The notes under the pieces were generated by a model, which did no database searches, was not told the DNA's origin, and saw only the letters and a program-made list of their open reading frames with translations. This document shows, in pieces, positions 18,829 through 27,100 of a stretch of 64,000 nucleotides of DNA. This stretch comes from an uncultured Collinsella sp. GTDB lineage: Bacteria > Actinomycetota > Coriobacteriia > Coriobacteriales > Coriobacteriaceae. The position numbers and the translations under genes are program-made. Every line of letters starts with the position of its first letter. Position 1 is the first letter of the stretch. The DNA lies in contig CABVCJ010000001.1 in assembly GCA_902496845.1 (NCBI GenBank), positions 12,129-76,128 of the forward strand, given 5' to 3'.

Positions 18829-18913
18829 GTGCGGCGAGGGCTTCTTGCGTCCTGTGGAGTGTGCCTAAAAGTAGACTAATGGCGGGCCCTGCGATGTCCG
18901 GTCTTCGGCGGAT
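18829..18913 (+). repeat. Degenerate direct duplicate of 18591-18675 (3' half of the cruciform repeat plus flank)
   Basis: Ungapped manual alignment, 73/85 identical. Confidence 0.8.
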
Positions 18914-18942
18914 CAGCCGCTGGGTGAGGGTGGTGCTTGGGG

Positions 18943-19180
18943 CGACGTGCAAAAAACGGAGTTTTCAGCAGCCAAAGATTGGTGCATAAGGCTATGGGTG
19001 ACGTTCGCGGCTCCTGTTGATGCTTTTGCATGACGATTGGGCTTTGTCGATGTTCATATATGGCTGGTTTCTCGCCGCATGCCATCCAGATGGGACGAGC
19101 CATGAGGACTATCTACCTTTTGAAATACTTTTGGCACCAAAATCTTATCCCGCGATGCTGAATACTCGCAAAAATGCACG
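18943..19180. mobile_element. Degenerate MITE-like element, family A
   Basis: Ends CGACGTGCAAAAAACGGAGTTTTCAGCA / TGCTGAATACTCGCAAAAATGCACG resemble the terminal inverted repeats at 39089-39287. Confidence 0.55.
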
Positions 19181-19220
19181 CTCCGGAAGGCACTACCCTG
19201 TTACGGCTAGAAATCCATGC

Positions 19221-19261
19221 GCCATTTTATGCAATTAATTAACGCATTTATGCAAAATGGC
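19221..19261. promoter_or_regulatory. AT-rich inverted repeat upstream of larA, candidate regulator site
   Basis: GCCATTTT-ATGCAATTAATTAACGCAT-TTATGC-AAAATGGC. Confidence 0.35.
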
Positions 19262-19494
19262 TTACGTGCGTACGTCTCGGGCTAGATGTTTGCCTCGGCG
19301 CTGCGTAAATCATCCTGTCTATAGTGTCTTTGACAGGCGGTCGCGGTCCCGTTTGGGGTCGCGGCCGTTTTGTTGTGGGTCAAATATGAACGTTGTGTTA
19401 ATGAGTCGGTGGACGGTGGTGTTTTTCGGTGAGCGGCGTATCCTTCCAACGGTTTATCTAGTGTGTCAGTTGAAAAGGAAGAGGGCGCTCGTCA

Positions 19495-20772
19495 TTGTTT
19501 GAATGTGAACTGCCGTTTGACCACAAGACGTTGCATCTGGAGCTCGAGGATAAGAACTTTGCGGGTGTGATGGAAGGTCATCAAAACGAGTTTAAGACCA
19601 CGAAATCGCAGGAAGAACTGGTAGAGGAGTCGCTTGCCAACCCTTATGGCTCACCTTCGCTCGAGGAGCTTTGCGCTGGCAAGAAGGATATTGTCATCAT
19701 TAGCTCCGACCATACGCGCCCCGTTCCCTCGCGTGTGACGATGCCTATTCTGCTGCATCACATCAACTCCGCTGCGCCTGAGGCGCGCGTTCGCATTCTG
19801 GTTGCTACAGGTATGCATCGTCCGTCGACGCACGAGGAGCTCGTCAACAAGTACGGCGAGGAGATCGTTGCCAACGAGGAAATCGTTATGCACGTCGCGA
19901 CTGACGACAGCATGATGAAAAAGATCGGCACCCTGCCTTCTGGTGGCGAGTGCATCATCAACAAGATTGCCGCCGATTGCGATCTGCTGCTTGCCGAGGG
20001 CTTCATTGAGCCGCATTTCTTTGCCGGTTTCTCTGGCAGCCGCAAGTCCGTCCTTCCTGGCATCGCCAGCTACAAGACCATCATGTACAACCACAACGGC
20101 CAGTTTGTGAACGATTCTCATTCGCGCGCCGGCAACCTGTGCCACAACCACGTGAGCGAGGACATGTTTGCCGCTGCCGAGATGGCTCACCTTGCCTTTG
20201 TGCTGAACGTTGTGCTCAACGGCAAGCATGAGGTTATCGGCTCCTTTGCAGGCGACATCCATAAGGCACACGAGGCTGGCTGCGAGTTCGTGAAGAGCCT
20301 TGCCGGCGTTGAGCCCGTCGAGTGCGAGATTGCCATCACCACCAACGGCGGCTACCCGCTCGACCAGAACATCTATCAGGCCGTGAAGGGCATGTGCTCT
20401 GCCGAGGCCACGCTTCCCGAGGGCGGCGTGATCATCGACGTCGCCGGTTGTGCCGACGGCCACGGTGGCGAGGGCTTCTATCACAACATCGCCGACAACG
20501 ATCCGGCGGAGTTTGAGCGTGCCTGCATCGACCGTCCTAAGGACGAGACCCTGCCCGACCAGTGGACGAGCCAGATCTTTGCCCGCATCCTGGCGCATCA
20601 CCCTGTGATCATGGTCACCGACCTGTGCGATCACCAGATGATCAAGGATATGCACATGACGCCGGTCAACACCCTCGATGAGGCGCTCAAGCTCGCCTTT
20701 GAGATGAAGGGTGCCGATGCCAAGGTGGCCGTCATTCCCGATGGCCTGGGCGTTGTCGTCGCTCAGCACTAG
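19495..20772 (+). CDS. larA: Nickel-pincer-dependent lactate racemase
   Basis: SDHTRPVPS, ATGMHRPST, HFFAGFSGSRKSVLPG, NGGYPLDQNIYQAVKG, PDQW; closely follows L. plantarum LarA as recalled; TTG start. Confidence 0.93.
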   Translation: MFECELPFDHKTLHLELEDKNFAGVMEGHQNEFKTTKSQEELVEESLANPYGSPSLEELCAGKKDIVIISSDHTRPVPSRVTMPILLHHINSAAPEARVRILVATGMHRPSTHEELVNKYGEEIVANEEIVMHVATDDSMMKKIGTLPSGGECIINKIAADCDLLLAEGFIEPHFFAGFSGSRKSVLPGIASYKTIMYNHNGQFVNDSHSRAGNLCHNHVSEDMFAAAEMAHLAFVLNVVLNGKHEVIGSFAGDIHKAHEAGCEFVKSLAGVEPVECEIAITTNGGYPLDQNIYQAVKGMCSAEATLPEGGVIIDVAGCADGHGGEGFYHNIADNDPAEFERACIDRPKDETLPDQWTSQIFARILAHHPVIMVTDLCDHQMIKDMHMTPVNTLDEALKLAFEMKGADAKVAVIPDGLGVVVAQH

Positions 20773-20821
20773 TACGCGGCCTAAACGAATCGTTTATAAC
20801 CGACAAGAAAGATAAGGTTTT

Positions 20822-21553
20822 ATGCTTACCAAACTCCTCTGCGAATTCGGCGCAACGGCCCTCATGATTATCTTTGGCGTGGGCGTGCACTGCGATACCG
20901 TGCTCAAGGGCACCAAGTATCAGGGCTCCGGTCATATGTTTGCCATCACCACCTGGTCTTTTGGCATCTCGGTCTGCCTGTTTGTCTTTGGCGGCGCCGT
21001 GTGCATGAACCCGGCTATGGTGCTTGCCCAGTGCATCGTAGGCCTGGTGCCGTGGAGCAGCTGCATCCCCTTCATGATTGCCGATATGCTCGGCGGCTTT
21101 GTGGGCGCTGTAATCGCTTGGCTTATGTACGCCGATGAGTTCAAGGCTTCCGAGGGCGTCGTCGACCCCATTGCCCAGCGCAACATCTTCTCGACCAACC
21201 CCACCACCGAGGGTACGAACTATGCCCGTAATTTCTTCTGCGAGGCTATCTGCACCTTTGTGTTCATCAGCGCCATCCTTGCTGCTGCTAACCGTGCTGG
21301 CGAGAACGTTCTGATGCTCGCCATCTGCGTCGGTCTGATCGTTTGGGCTGTTGGCATGGGCATGGGCGGCATCACCGGCTTCGCCATGAACCAGGCTCGT
21401 GACCTTGGTCCTCGCATGGCCTATCAGGTGCTGCCGATTAAGCACAAGGCTGACAACAACTGGAAGTACGGCCTGCTCGTTCCTGGCATCGCACCGTTTG
21501 TCGGTGCCGCTCTGGCCGCGCTGTTTGTGCACGGTTTCTTGGGCATGTTCTAG
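20822..21553 (+). CDS. larD: MIP/aquaglyceroporin, probable lactic-acid channel (LarD/GlpF1-like)
   Basis: CEFGAT, MNPAM and AMNQARDLGPR (NPA variants); directly downstream of larA. Confidence 0.82.
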   Translation: MLTKLLCEFGATALMIIFGVGVHCDTVLKGTKYQGSGHMFAITTWSFGISVCLFVFGGAVCMNPAMVLAQCIVGLVPWSSCIPFMIADMLGGFVGAVIAWLMYADEFKASEGVVDPIAQRNIFSTNPTTEGTNYARNFFCEAICTFVFISAILAAANRAGENVLMLAICVGLIVWAVGMGMGGITGFAMNQARDLGPRMAYQVLPIKHKADNNWKYGLLVPGIAPFVGAALAALFVHGFLGMF

Positions 21554-21574
21554 TCTGAGGCTACATAGTTGTCC

Positions 21575-21699
21575 GCTGGCCGCATGGGGTAACTTCCCAG
21601 CGCGTCCTCGGACATGCAAAAAGGCTCGCTGCGCGCTTCGTGCGGCGAGCCTTTTTGCGTCCTGCGGAATGCGCTGGGAAGTTACCCCATGCGGCCAGC
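21575..21699 (+). repeat. Cruciform structured repeat, copy 2
   Basis: Perfect outer stem GCTGGCCGCATGGGGTAACTTCCCAGCGC / GCGCTGGGAAGTTACCCCATGCGGCCAGC around the same core as 18525-18651. Confidence 0.85.
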
Positions 21700-21834
21700 T
21701 GCAGGGTCTTTGCTGCGCCCGAGCAAGCAACCCAACATTTATATCTGAATTTGGATGTGGTGGGCGCTTGGTTGTTGGGGGCGTTGAGATGAGGGCGATA
21801 CTTTGGGAAGGGATGACGCCTTGGGAGGAGGCGT

Positions 21835-22374
21835 CTATCTGAAGAGGGGTTTTATGGCTGAGAGGTAGTCTTTGGCTACGTCGGCTTTGTTTGCTTGGAA
21901 GTTGTGCCAGGCCCACCATTGGACCATTCCTACGAAGCTTGAGGCTATGTGGTGTAGTAGGAAGCTGCGGTCCATGGTGGCGGCGGGGCCGTTTGGGTCG
22001 GTGGGGACGGTTTCGGCTGCTCGTGACATGATGGTCTTGCGTAGGCTGTCGGCGAAGACGCGTGAGCCGGCGCCGGCTACGAGGGCTCGAACGCCCTGGC
22101 GACGCTCCCAGAGGTTGTTGAGAATGTGCTCGACCTGCACGAGTGGGTCGTCGAGTGGTGTGCCATCGTCGTCGAGGGCGTGGGTGCAGATGTCGCTCAC
22201 GAGCTCGGACAGTAGGTCGTCTTTGCTCTTAAAGAGACCGTAGAATGTCGCGCGGCCTACGTGAGCGCGTGCGATGATGTCGCCGACGGTGATCTTGCCG
22301 TAGTCTTCTTCGCACAGCAATTCGGAGAATGCCGAAACGATGGCGGCGCGGCTTTTTGCCTTGCGGGCGTCCAT
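21835..22374 (-). CDS. TetR/AcrR family regulator
   Basis: MDARKAKSRAAIVSAF...ITVGDIIARAHVGRATFYGLFKSKDDLL HTH; ATG at 22374 just after the larC stop. Confidence 0.9.
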   Translation of the reverse strand: MDARKAKSRAAIVSAFSELLCEEDYGKITVGDIIARAHVGRATFYGLFKSKDDLLSELVSDICTHALDDDGTPLDDPLVQVEHILNNLWERRQGVRALVAGAGSRVFADSLRKTIMSRAAETVPTDPNGPAATMDRSFLLHHIASSFVGMVQWWAWHNFQANKADVAKDYLSAIKPLFR

Positions 22375-22376
22375 GG

Positions 22377-23285
22377 CTATGCGTCCGCGTGAACGAGCAG
22401 GCAGCGGAGCGTGCCGGAGCAGTCCTCGTAGGGGCGCTTGCCGGCGCCGTAGCCGACGGCCTCGATGCGGTAGCGGACTGGCAGGTGCTCGGACGTACGC
22501 AGTGCGGCGACGATGGCGGCGCCCGTGGGCGTCACGAGCTCGCCGGCGACCGGTGCGGGCGTGAGGGCGATATTGCCTGCTTGGCATAGGTTGACGACGG
22601 CGGGCACCGGGATGGGCATAAAGCCGTGGGCACAGTGGATGGTGCCGTGACCCTCGGAGAGCGACTCGACAACAATATCCTCGATACCCAGGTCATCGAG
22701 GCAGATGGCGACCGAGCAGACGTCGACGATGGAATCGATGGCGCCTACCTCGTGGAACATGACGGTCTCGGGCGTTTTGCCGTGAGCCTTGGCCTCGGCG
22801 GCGGCGAGCGCGGTAAAGATGGCGATCGCGCGTCGCTTGGCGCCATCGCTTAGCTGTGAGCCGTCGATGATCGTCGTGACATCGGCCAAAGAGCGGTGGT
22901 GATGGTGGTGGGCGTGATGGTGACCCTCGTGGTCGTGGTCGTGGCCATGTGCGTGCTCATGGCGGTGCTCGTGTTCGTGTTCGCCATGATCATGATGCTC
23001 ATGCTCATGTGTGTGCTCGCCAGCTGCTTCGTTGCCGTAGAGCCAGGCCATGTCGTGATCATGGTTCTCGAGCTCCTCTGCCAGCTGAACGTCAAAGTCG
23101 CAGGCGTCGATGCCATGCTTGTTTACGCGGGTGACGGCAATCTCAAAGCCGCCGACCGGCAGCGTGGCGAGCTGTTCGCGCAGGTGCTCCTCGCTGGCGC
23201 CCAGGTCGAGCAGGGCTGCGACGGTCATGTCGCCGCTGATGCCCGAGGTGCCGTTGATGATAAGCGTGTGCTGATGGTTGGACAT
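22377..23285 (-). CDS. larC: LarC nickel insertase, N-terminal (LarC1) part only
   Basis: SGISGDMTVAALLDLG, long His-rich tract, FHEVGAIDSIVD, HGFMPIPVPAV, GELVTPTGAAI, GYGAG; ends at 302 aa with no C-terminal domain. Confidence 0.85.
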   Translation of the reverse strand: MSNHQHTLIINGTSGISGDMTVAALLDLGASEEHLREQLATLPVGGFEIAVTRVNKHGIDACDFDVQLAEELENHDHDMAWLYGNEAAGEHTHEHEHHDHGEHEHEHRHEHAHGHDHDHEGHHHAHHHHHRSLADVTTIIDGSQLSDGAKRRAIAIFTALAAAEAKAHGKTPETVMFHEVGAIDSIVDVCSVAICLDDLGIEDIVVESLSEGHGTIHCAHGFMPIPVPAVVNLCQAGNIALTPAPVAGELVTPTGAAIVAALRTSEHLPVRYRIEAVGYGAGKRPYEDCSGTLRCLLVHADA

Positions 23286-23295
23286 AGAATGCTCC

Positions 23296-24062
23296 TTAAC
23301 GGGCGCAGGGCGTGCCGGCGCTCAAATGATTGATAAGACTTGCCTGGTAGGCGGCGCCGAAGCCATTGTCGATGTTGACGACTGAAACGCCGCTGGCGCA
23401 GGAGTTGAGCATGGCGAGCAGTGCGGCCACGCCGCCAAAGCTCGCGCCATAGCCCACGCTGGTGGGGACGGCGATGACCGGACAGCTCACAAGGCCGCCG
23501 ATAACGCTCGCCAGGGCGCCTTCCATGCCGGCGATGGCGATGACCACCTGCGCCTGGGCAAGTTCCTTAGCATGAGCGAGCAGGCGGTGCAGGCCGGCGA
23601 CACCTACGTCGTAGAGTCGATTGACCTCGTTGCCGTAGAACTCGGCTGTCAGTGCCGCCTCTTCGGCGACGGGCAGGTCGCTCGTGCCGGCGCAGGCGAC
23701 GACGATGCGTCCGTTGCCGGTAGGGGAGGGCTTGCCACCCACCAGGGCGAGCTGGGCGTCCGGGACATATCCCAGGTCGATGTCGTTGCCAAGAAGCTCA
23801 GCGGTGCGCGCGGCTTTTTCGGCATCCAAGCGTGTGACTAGGATGCGCTCCTGGCCGGCATCGCGCAGCGCTTCGATAATGGCGGCAATCTGCTCGGCGG
23901 TTTTACCTCGCCGGCTCCCTGGCGCACTCCGCGCGAAAGATCGAGCTGTGCAAAGCCCAAATCGGCGGTCGGAGCCGTCTGGATGCGCGTGAGGGCGTCG
24001 GCAGGGGTGACTGATCCGCCGGCAACATCGCTCAGCAGCTGCTCAAGATCTCGCTTATCCAT
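23296..24062 (-). pseudogene. larB: LarB (NaAD carboxylase/hydrolase), frameshifted near 23905
   Basis: N-terminal frame [19 protein letters not shown] continues in another frame as [10 protein letters not shown]...[12 protein letters not shown]...DVGVAG...AGMEGAL...PTSVGYG...[10 protein letters not shown]. Confidence 0.88.
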
Positions 24063-24176
24063 ATATGTTCCCTTCGACGGCGCAAAGTCTAGCACTCAAA
24101 GGGTATGTTTCCGAACACTAAGACAAAATTGTTCGGAAACTATAGGACGGACTGATTCAATTGTTAGACGGATCGG

Positions 24177-24812
24177 CTAGTCGCGCAGGATGATGTCCAT
24201 GGCGAGCATCAGGTTGCGCTCGTCGATGGCAAACGGGGCGGCTTCGCGCGTCTTGGGCTTGGCGCAAAACGCGATGCCCGTGCCCGCGGCCTGGATCATG
24301 GGGATGTCGTTTGCCCCGTCGCCAATAGCGACCGTGTGGGCCATGTCGGCGCCGCACTCAACTGCCCAGTCCAGCAGCTGGATGAGCTTGGACTCCTTGG
24401 TCACAATCTCGGCAGCCAACTTACCGGTAAGCTTGCCGTCCACGACCTCTAGGCGGTTGGCCAGGCAAAAATCGATGCCCGCGGCGGCTGCGATCTTGTC
24501 AGCGACCTCGTGGAAGCCGCCGCTTACCACGCCGACCTTCCAGCCCTTGCTGTGTGCCGAGCGCACAAGCTCCAGCGCGCCGGGGGTAAATGTCACGCGC
24601 TCAAAAGTGCGCTCGAACACGCTCTCATCCAAGCCGGCAAGCAGCCCCACGCGCTCCTCGAGCGCTTGCTTAAAGTCCAGCTCGCCGCGCATGGCGCGTT
24701 CGGTGATTTGCGCCACCTGCTCGCCCACGCCTGCCTCCTCGCCCAACAGATCGATGACCTCCTGGTTGATGAGCGTGGAGTCGATATCCATAACAATGAG
24801 GCGTGCAGTCAT
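24177..24812 (-). CDS. serB: Phosphoserine phosphatase (HAD)
   Basis: MDIDSTLINQEVID, ITERAMRGELDF, VSGGF, GDGAND. Confidence 0.92.
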   Translation of the reverse strand: MTARLIVMDIDSTLINQEVIDLLGEEAGVGEQVAQITERAMRGELDFKQALEERVGLLAGLDESVFERTFERVTFTPGALELVRSAHSKGWKVGVVSGGFHEVADKIAAAAGIDFCLANRLEVVDGKLTGKLAAEIVTKESKLIQLLDWAVECGADMAHTVAIGDGANDIPMIQAAGTGIAFCAKPKTREAAPFAIDERNLMLAMDIILRD

Positions 24813-25068
24813 GACGGGCCTTTCCAAGTGCTGTTTTATTGGGGCATATTGTCGCACGTGACGAGCGCGGGCGGGTGCCGCGGTGCGTCAATTGTTTCGT
24901 CTCCGTCAAGTCTTTGGGCAGGAGTTACTTTTCCGCGGCACATCGACACAGGTGCGATAAGATAGAACGCCATGTCTGGCTGCGCGGTTTACGCAGGCTG
25001 GGCAAATCTGTACGACGCCGCCCGGAACGACACGGGGCGGCACAGATCCATAAAGGAGGATCACTGGT

Positions 25069-26856
25069 ATGAGCCAGACCCGTCCCATCGACGAGCATTC
25101 CATGCACACCCGTACCTGCGGCGAGCTTCGCCGCGAGAACGTGGGCGAAGAGGTCACCCTCACCGGTTGGGTGAGCCGTCGCCGCGACCACGGCGGCCTT
25201 ATCTTCTGCGATCTTCGCGACCGCGAGGGCATCACGCAGCTCACCTTCGACCCCGAGCACTCCGACGGCGACGCCTTTAAGATCGCCGAGACCATGCGTC
25301 CCGAGTGGCCCATCAAGATCCACGGCGTCGTGCGCTCCCGTGGCGAGGAGACCACCAACACCAAGCTCGCGACCGGCGAGATCGAGGTCCTGACCGACCA
25401 CGCCGAGGTTCTCAACACGTCCGTCACCCCGCCGTTCCAGATCGAGGACGGCATCGAGACCAGCGAGGACACCCGCCTGCGCTATCGCTATCTGGACCTC
25501 CGCCGTCCCGAGATGATGGCCAACCTCAAGCTACGCTCCGACTTTACCTTTGCCATTCGCGAGGCACTGCACAACCGTGAGTTCATGGAGGTCGAGACGC
25601 CCTCCCTGTTCAAGTCCACGCCCGAGGGCGCCCGCGACTTCATCGTTCCCAGCCGCATCCAGCCGGGCAACTTCTACGCCCTGCCGCAGTCCCCGCAGCT
25701 TCTGAAGCAGCTGCTCATGGTCGGTGGCGTCGAGCGCTACTACCAGGTTGCCAAGTGCTTCCGCGACGAGGACCTGCGTGCCGACCGTCAGCCCGAGTTC
25801 ACCCAGGTCGATATCGAGATGTCTTTCGTGGACCAGAACGACGTTATGAGCGCGCTCGAAGAAGTCCTGTCCGATGCCTTCGGTCGCATGGGTGTCGAGA
25901 TGCCCACGCCGCTGCGTCGCATGGACTACTGGGAGGCCATGGACACCTATGGCTCCGACAAGCCCGATACCCGCTATGGCATGCACCTGGTCGACCTGAC
26001 CGACATCTTTGCCAACTCCAAGTTCAAGGTCTTTGCGACTGCCGCAAACGAGGAGGGCTCTGTCGTCAAGGCCATTAACGCCAAGGGCGCCGGTGCCTGG
26101 GCACGTGCCAAGATCGATAAGCTCGCCGGCGTGGCCTCCACGTTTGGCGCCAAGGGCCTGGCCTGGATTGCTTTCCGCGAGGACGGCTCCATCAACAGCC
26201 CCATCGTCAAGTTCTTCTCGGACGAGGAGATGGCCGCTCTGCGCGAGCGTATGGACGTCGAGCCCGGCGACCTTGTGATGTTCGCCGCCGGCCCGCGCCT
26301 GCTCTCTGACGAGATCCTGGGCGGCATGCGTTCCCACATGGCCAATGCGCTCGAGATCAAGCGCGAGGGCCACGACTTCCTGTGGGTCATCAACTTCCCG
26401 CTGTTCCACTGGGATGAGGACCGCAAGGCCTATGCTGCCGAGCACCAGCCGTTCACTCTGCCGACCGAGACCGACATCGCCAAGATCGAGGCCGACCCGT
26501 TGGCAGCCGGTTCCTGTACCTACGACTTTGTTATGGACGGCTTTGAGGCCGGCGGCGGTGGTATGCGAATCCACAACGCCGAGATGCAGATGTCCATGCT
26601 CAAGCTCCTGGGCTTTACCGAGGAGCGCGCCGAGTCGCAGTTCGGCTTCCTCATGGAGGCGCTCAAGTTTGGTGCGCCCCCGATGGGCGGTTTCGCTCTG
26701 GGCCTGGACCGCGTGTGCATGCTGCTCACCGGCTCCGACTCCATCCGCGACGTCATGGCGTTCCCCAAGACGGCCAGCGGCTCCGACCTCATGTCGGGCG
26801 CCCCGAGTGCCGTTAGCGGCGCCCAGCTCAAGGACGTCAGCCTGCGCCTGATGTAG
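25069..26856 (+). CDS. aspS: Aspartate--tRNA ligase (probably non-discriminating)
   Basis: RRDHGGLIF, STPEGARDF, LPQSPQ, FRDEDLRADRQPEFTQ, GLDR. Confidence 0.97.
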   Translation: MSQTRPIDEHSMHTRTCGELRRENVGEEVTLTGWVSRRRDHGGLIFCDLRDREGITQLTFDPEHSDGDAFKIAETMRPEWPIKIHGVVRSRGEETTNTKLATGEIEVLTDHAEVLNTSVTPPFQIEDGIETSEDTRLRYRYLDLRRPEMMANLKLRSDFTFAIREALHNREFMEVETPSLFKSTPEGARDFIVPSRIQPGNFYALPQSPQLLKQLLMVGGVERYYQVAKCFRDEDLRADRQPEFTQVDIEMSFVDQNDVMSALEEVLSDAFGRMGVEMPTPLRRMDYWEAMDTYGSDKPDTRYGMHLVDLTDIFANSKFKVFATAANEEGSVVKAINAKGAGAWARAKIDKLAGVASTFGAKGLAWIAFREDGSINSPIVKFFSDEEMAALRERMDVEPGDLVMFAAGPRLLSDEILGGMRSHMANALEIKREGHDFLWVINFPLFHWDEDRKAYAAEHQPFTLPTETDIAKIEADPLAAGSCTYDFVMDGFEAGGGGMRIHNAEMQMSMLKLLGFTEERAESQFGFLMEALKFGAPPMGGFALGLDRVCMLLTGSDSIRDVMAFPKTASGSDLMSGAPSAVSGAQLKDVSLRLM

Positions 26857-26879
26857 GCAAGCGGCTACATATTGCTTGC

Positions 26880-26914
26880 AACGAGGGAAGGACGCGTGCC
26901 TTCCCTCGTTTTTT
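26880..26914 (+). terminator. Intrinsic terminator after aspS
   Basis: AACGAGGGAAGG...CCTTCCCTCGTT followed by TTTT. Confidence 0.8.
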
Positions 26915-26987
26915 ATGTCGTGACGTCATGGTTTGGAGGCTTGCCGTCGTGCGCCGGGAAACTACAACCCGGAATCTGCGTCCAGAA

Positions 26988-27096
26988 GGGGTCGCGCTTT
27001 CCCAAAGGGGGTCCTCTGGGAAAGCGCGACCCAGAATTCGGCAAAATAATGGGGCAGGCTTTCCGTAACAACTGTCTGGCGGAAAGCCTGCCCCAA
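26988..27096. repeat. Two adjacent REP-like palindromes between convergent genes
   Basis: GGGTCGCGCTTTCCCA/TGGGAAAGCGCGACCC and TGGGGCAGGCTTTCCG/CGGAAAGCCTGCCCCA. Confidence 0.65.
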
Positions 27097-27100
27097 TTTC

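Noticed and set aside
18404..19502. Short ORFs in the ppc-larA spacer
   Set aside because: They are translations of palindromic repeats, with no RBS or protein-like composition.
21835..22587. Programmed frameshift fusing LarC1 to the downstream ORF, as for L. plantarum larC1/C2
   Set aside because: The downstream frame encodes a TetR with its own ATG, not LarC2; the extra upstream codons are low-complexity off-frame sequence.
22900..23020. CAT/CAC-rich repeats as a DNA repeat element
   Set aside because: Explained by the His-rich nickel-binding tract of LarC.
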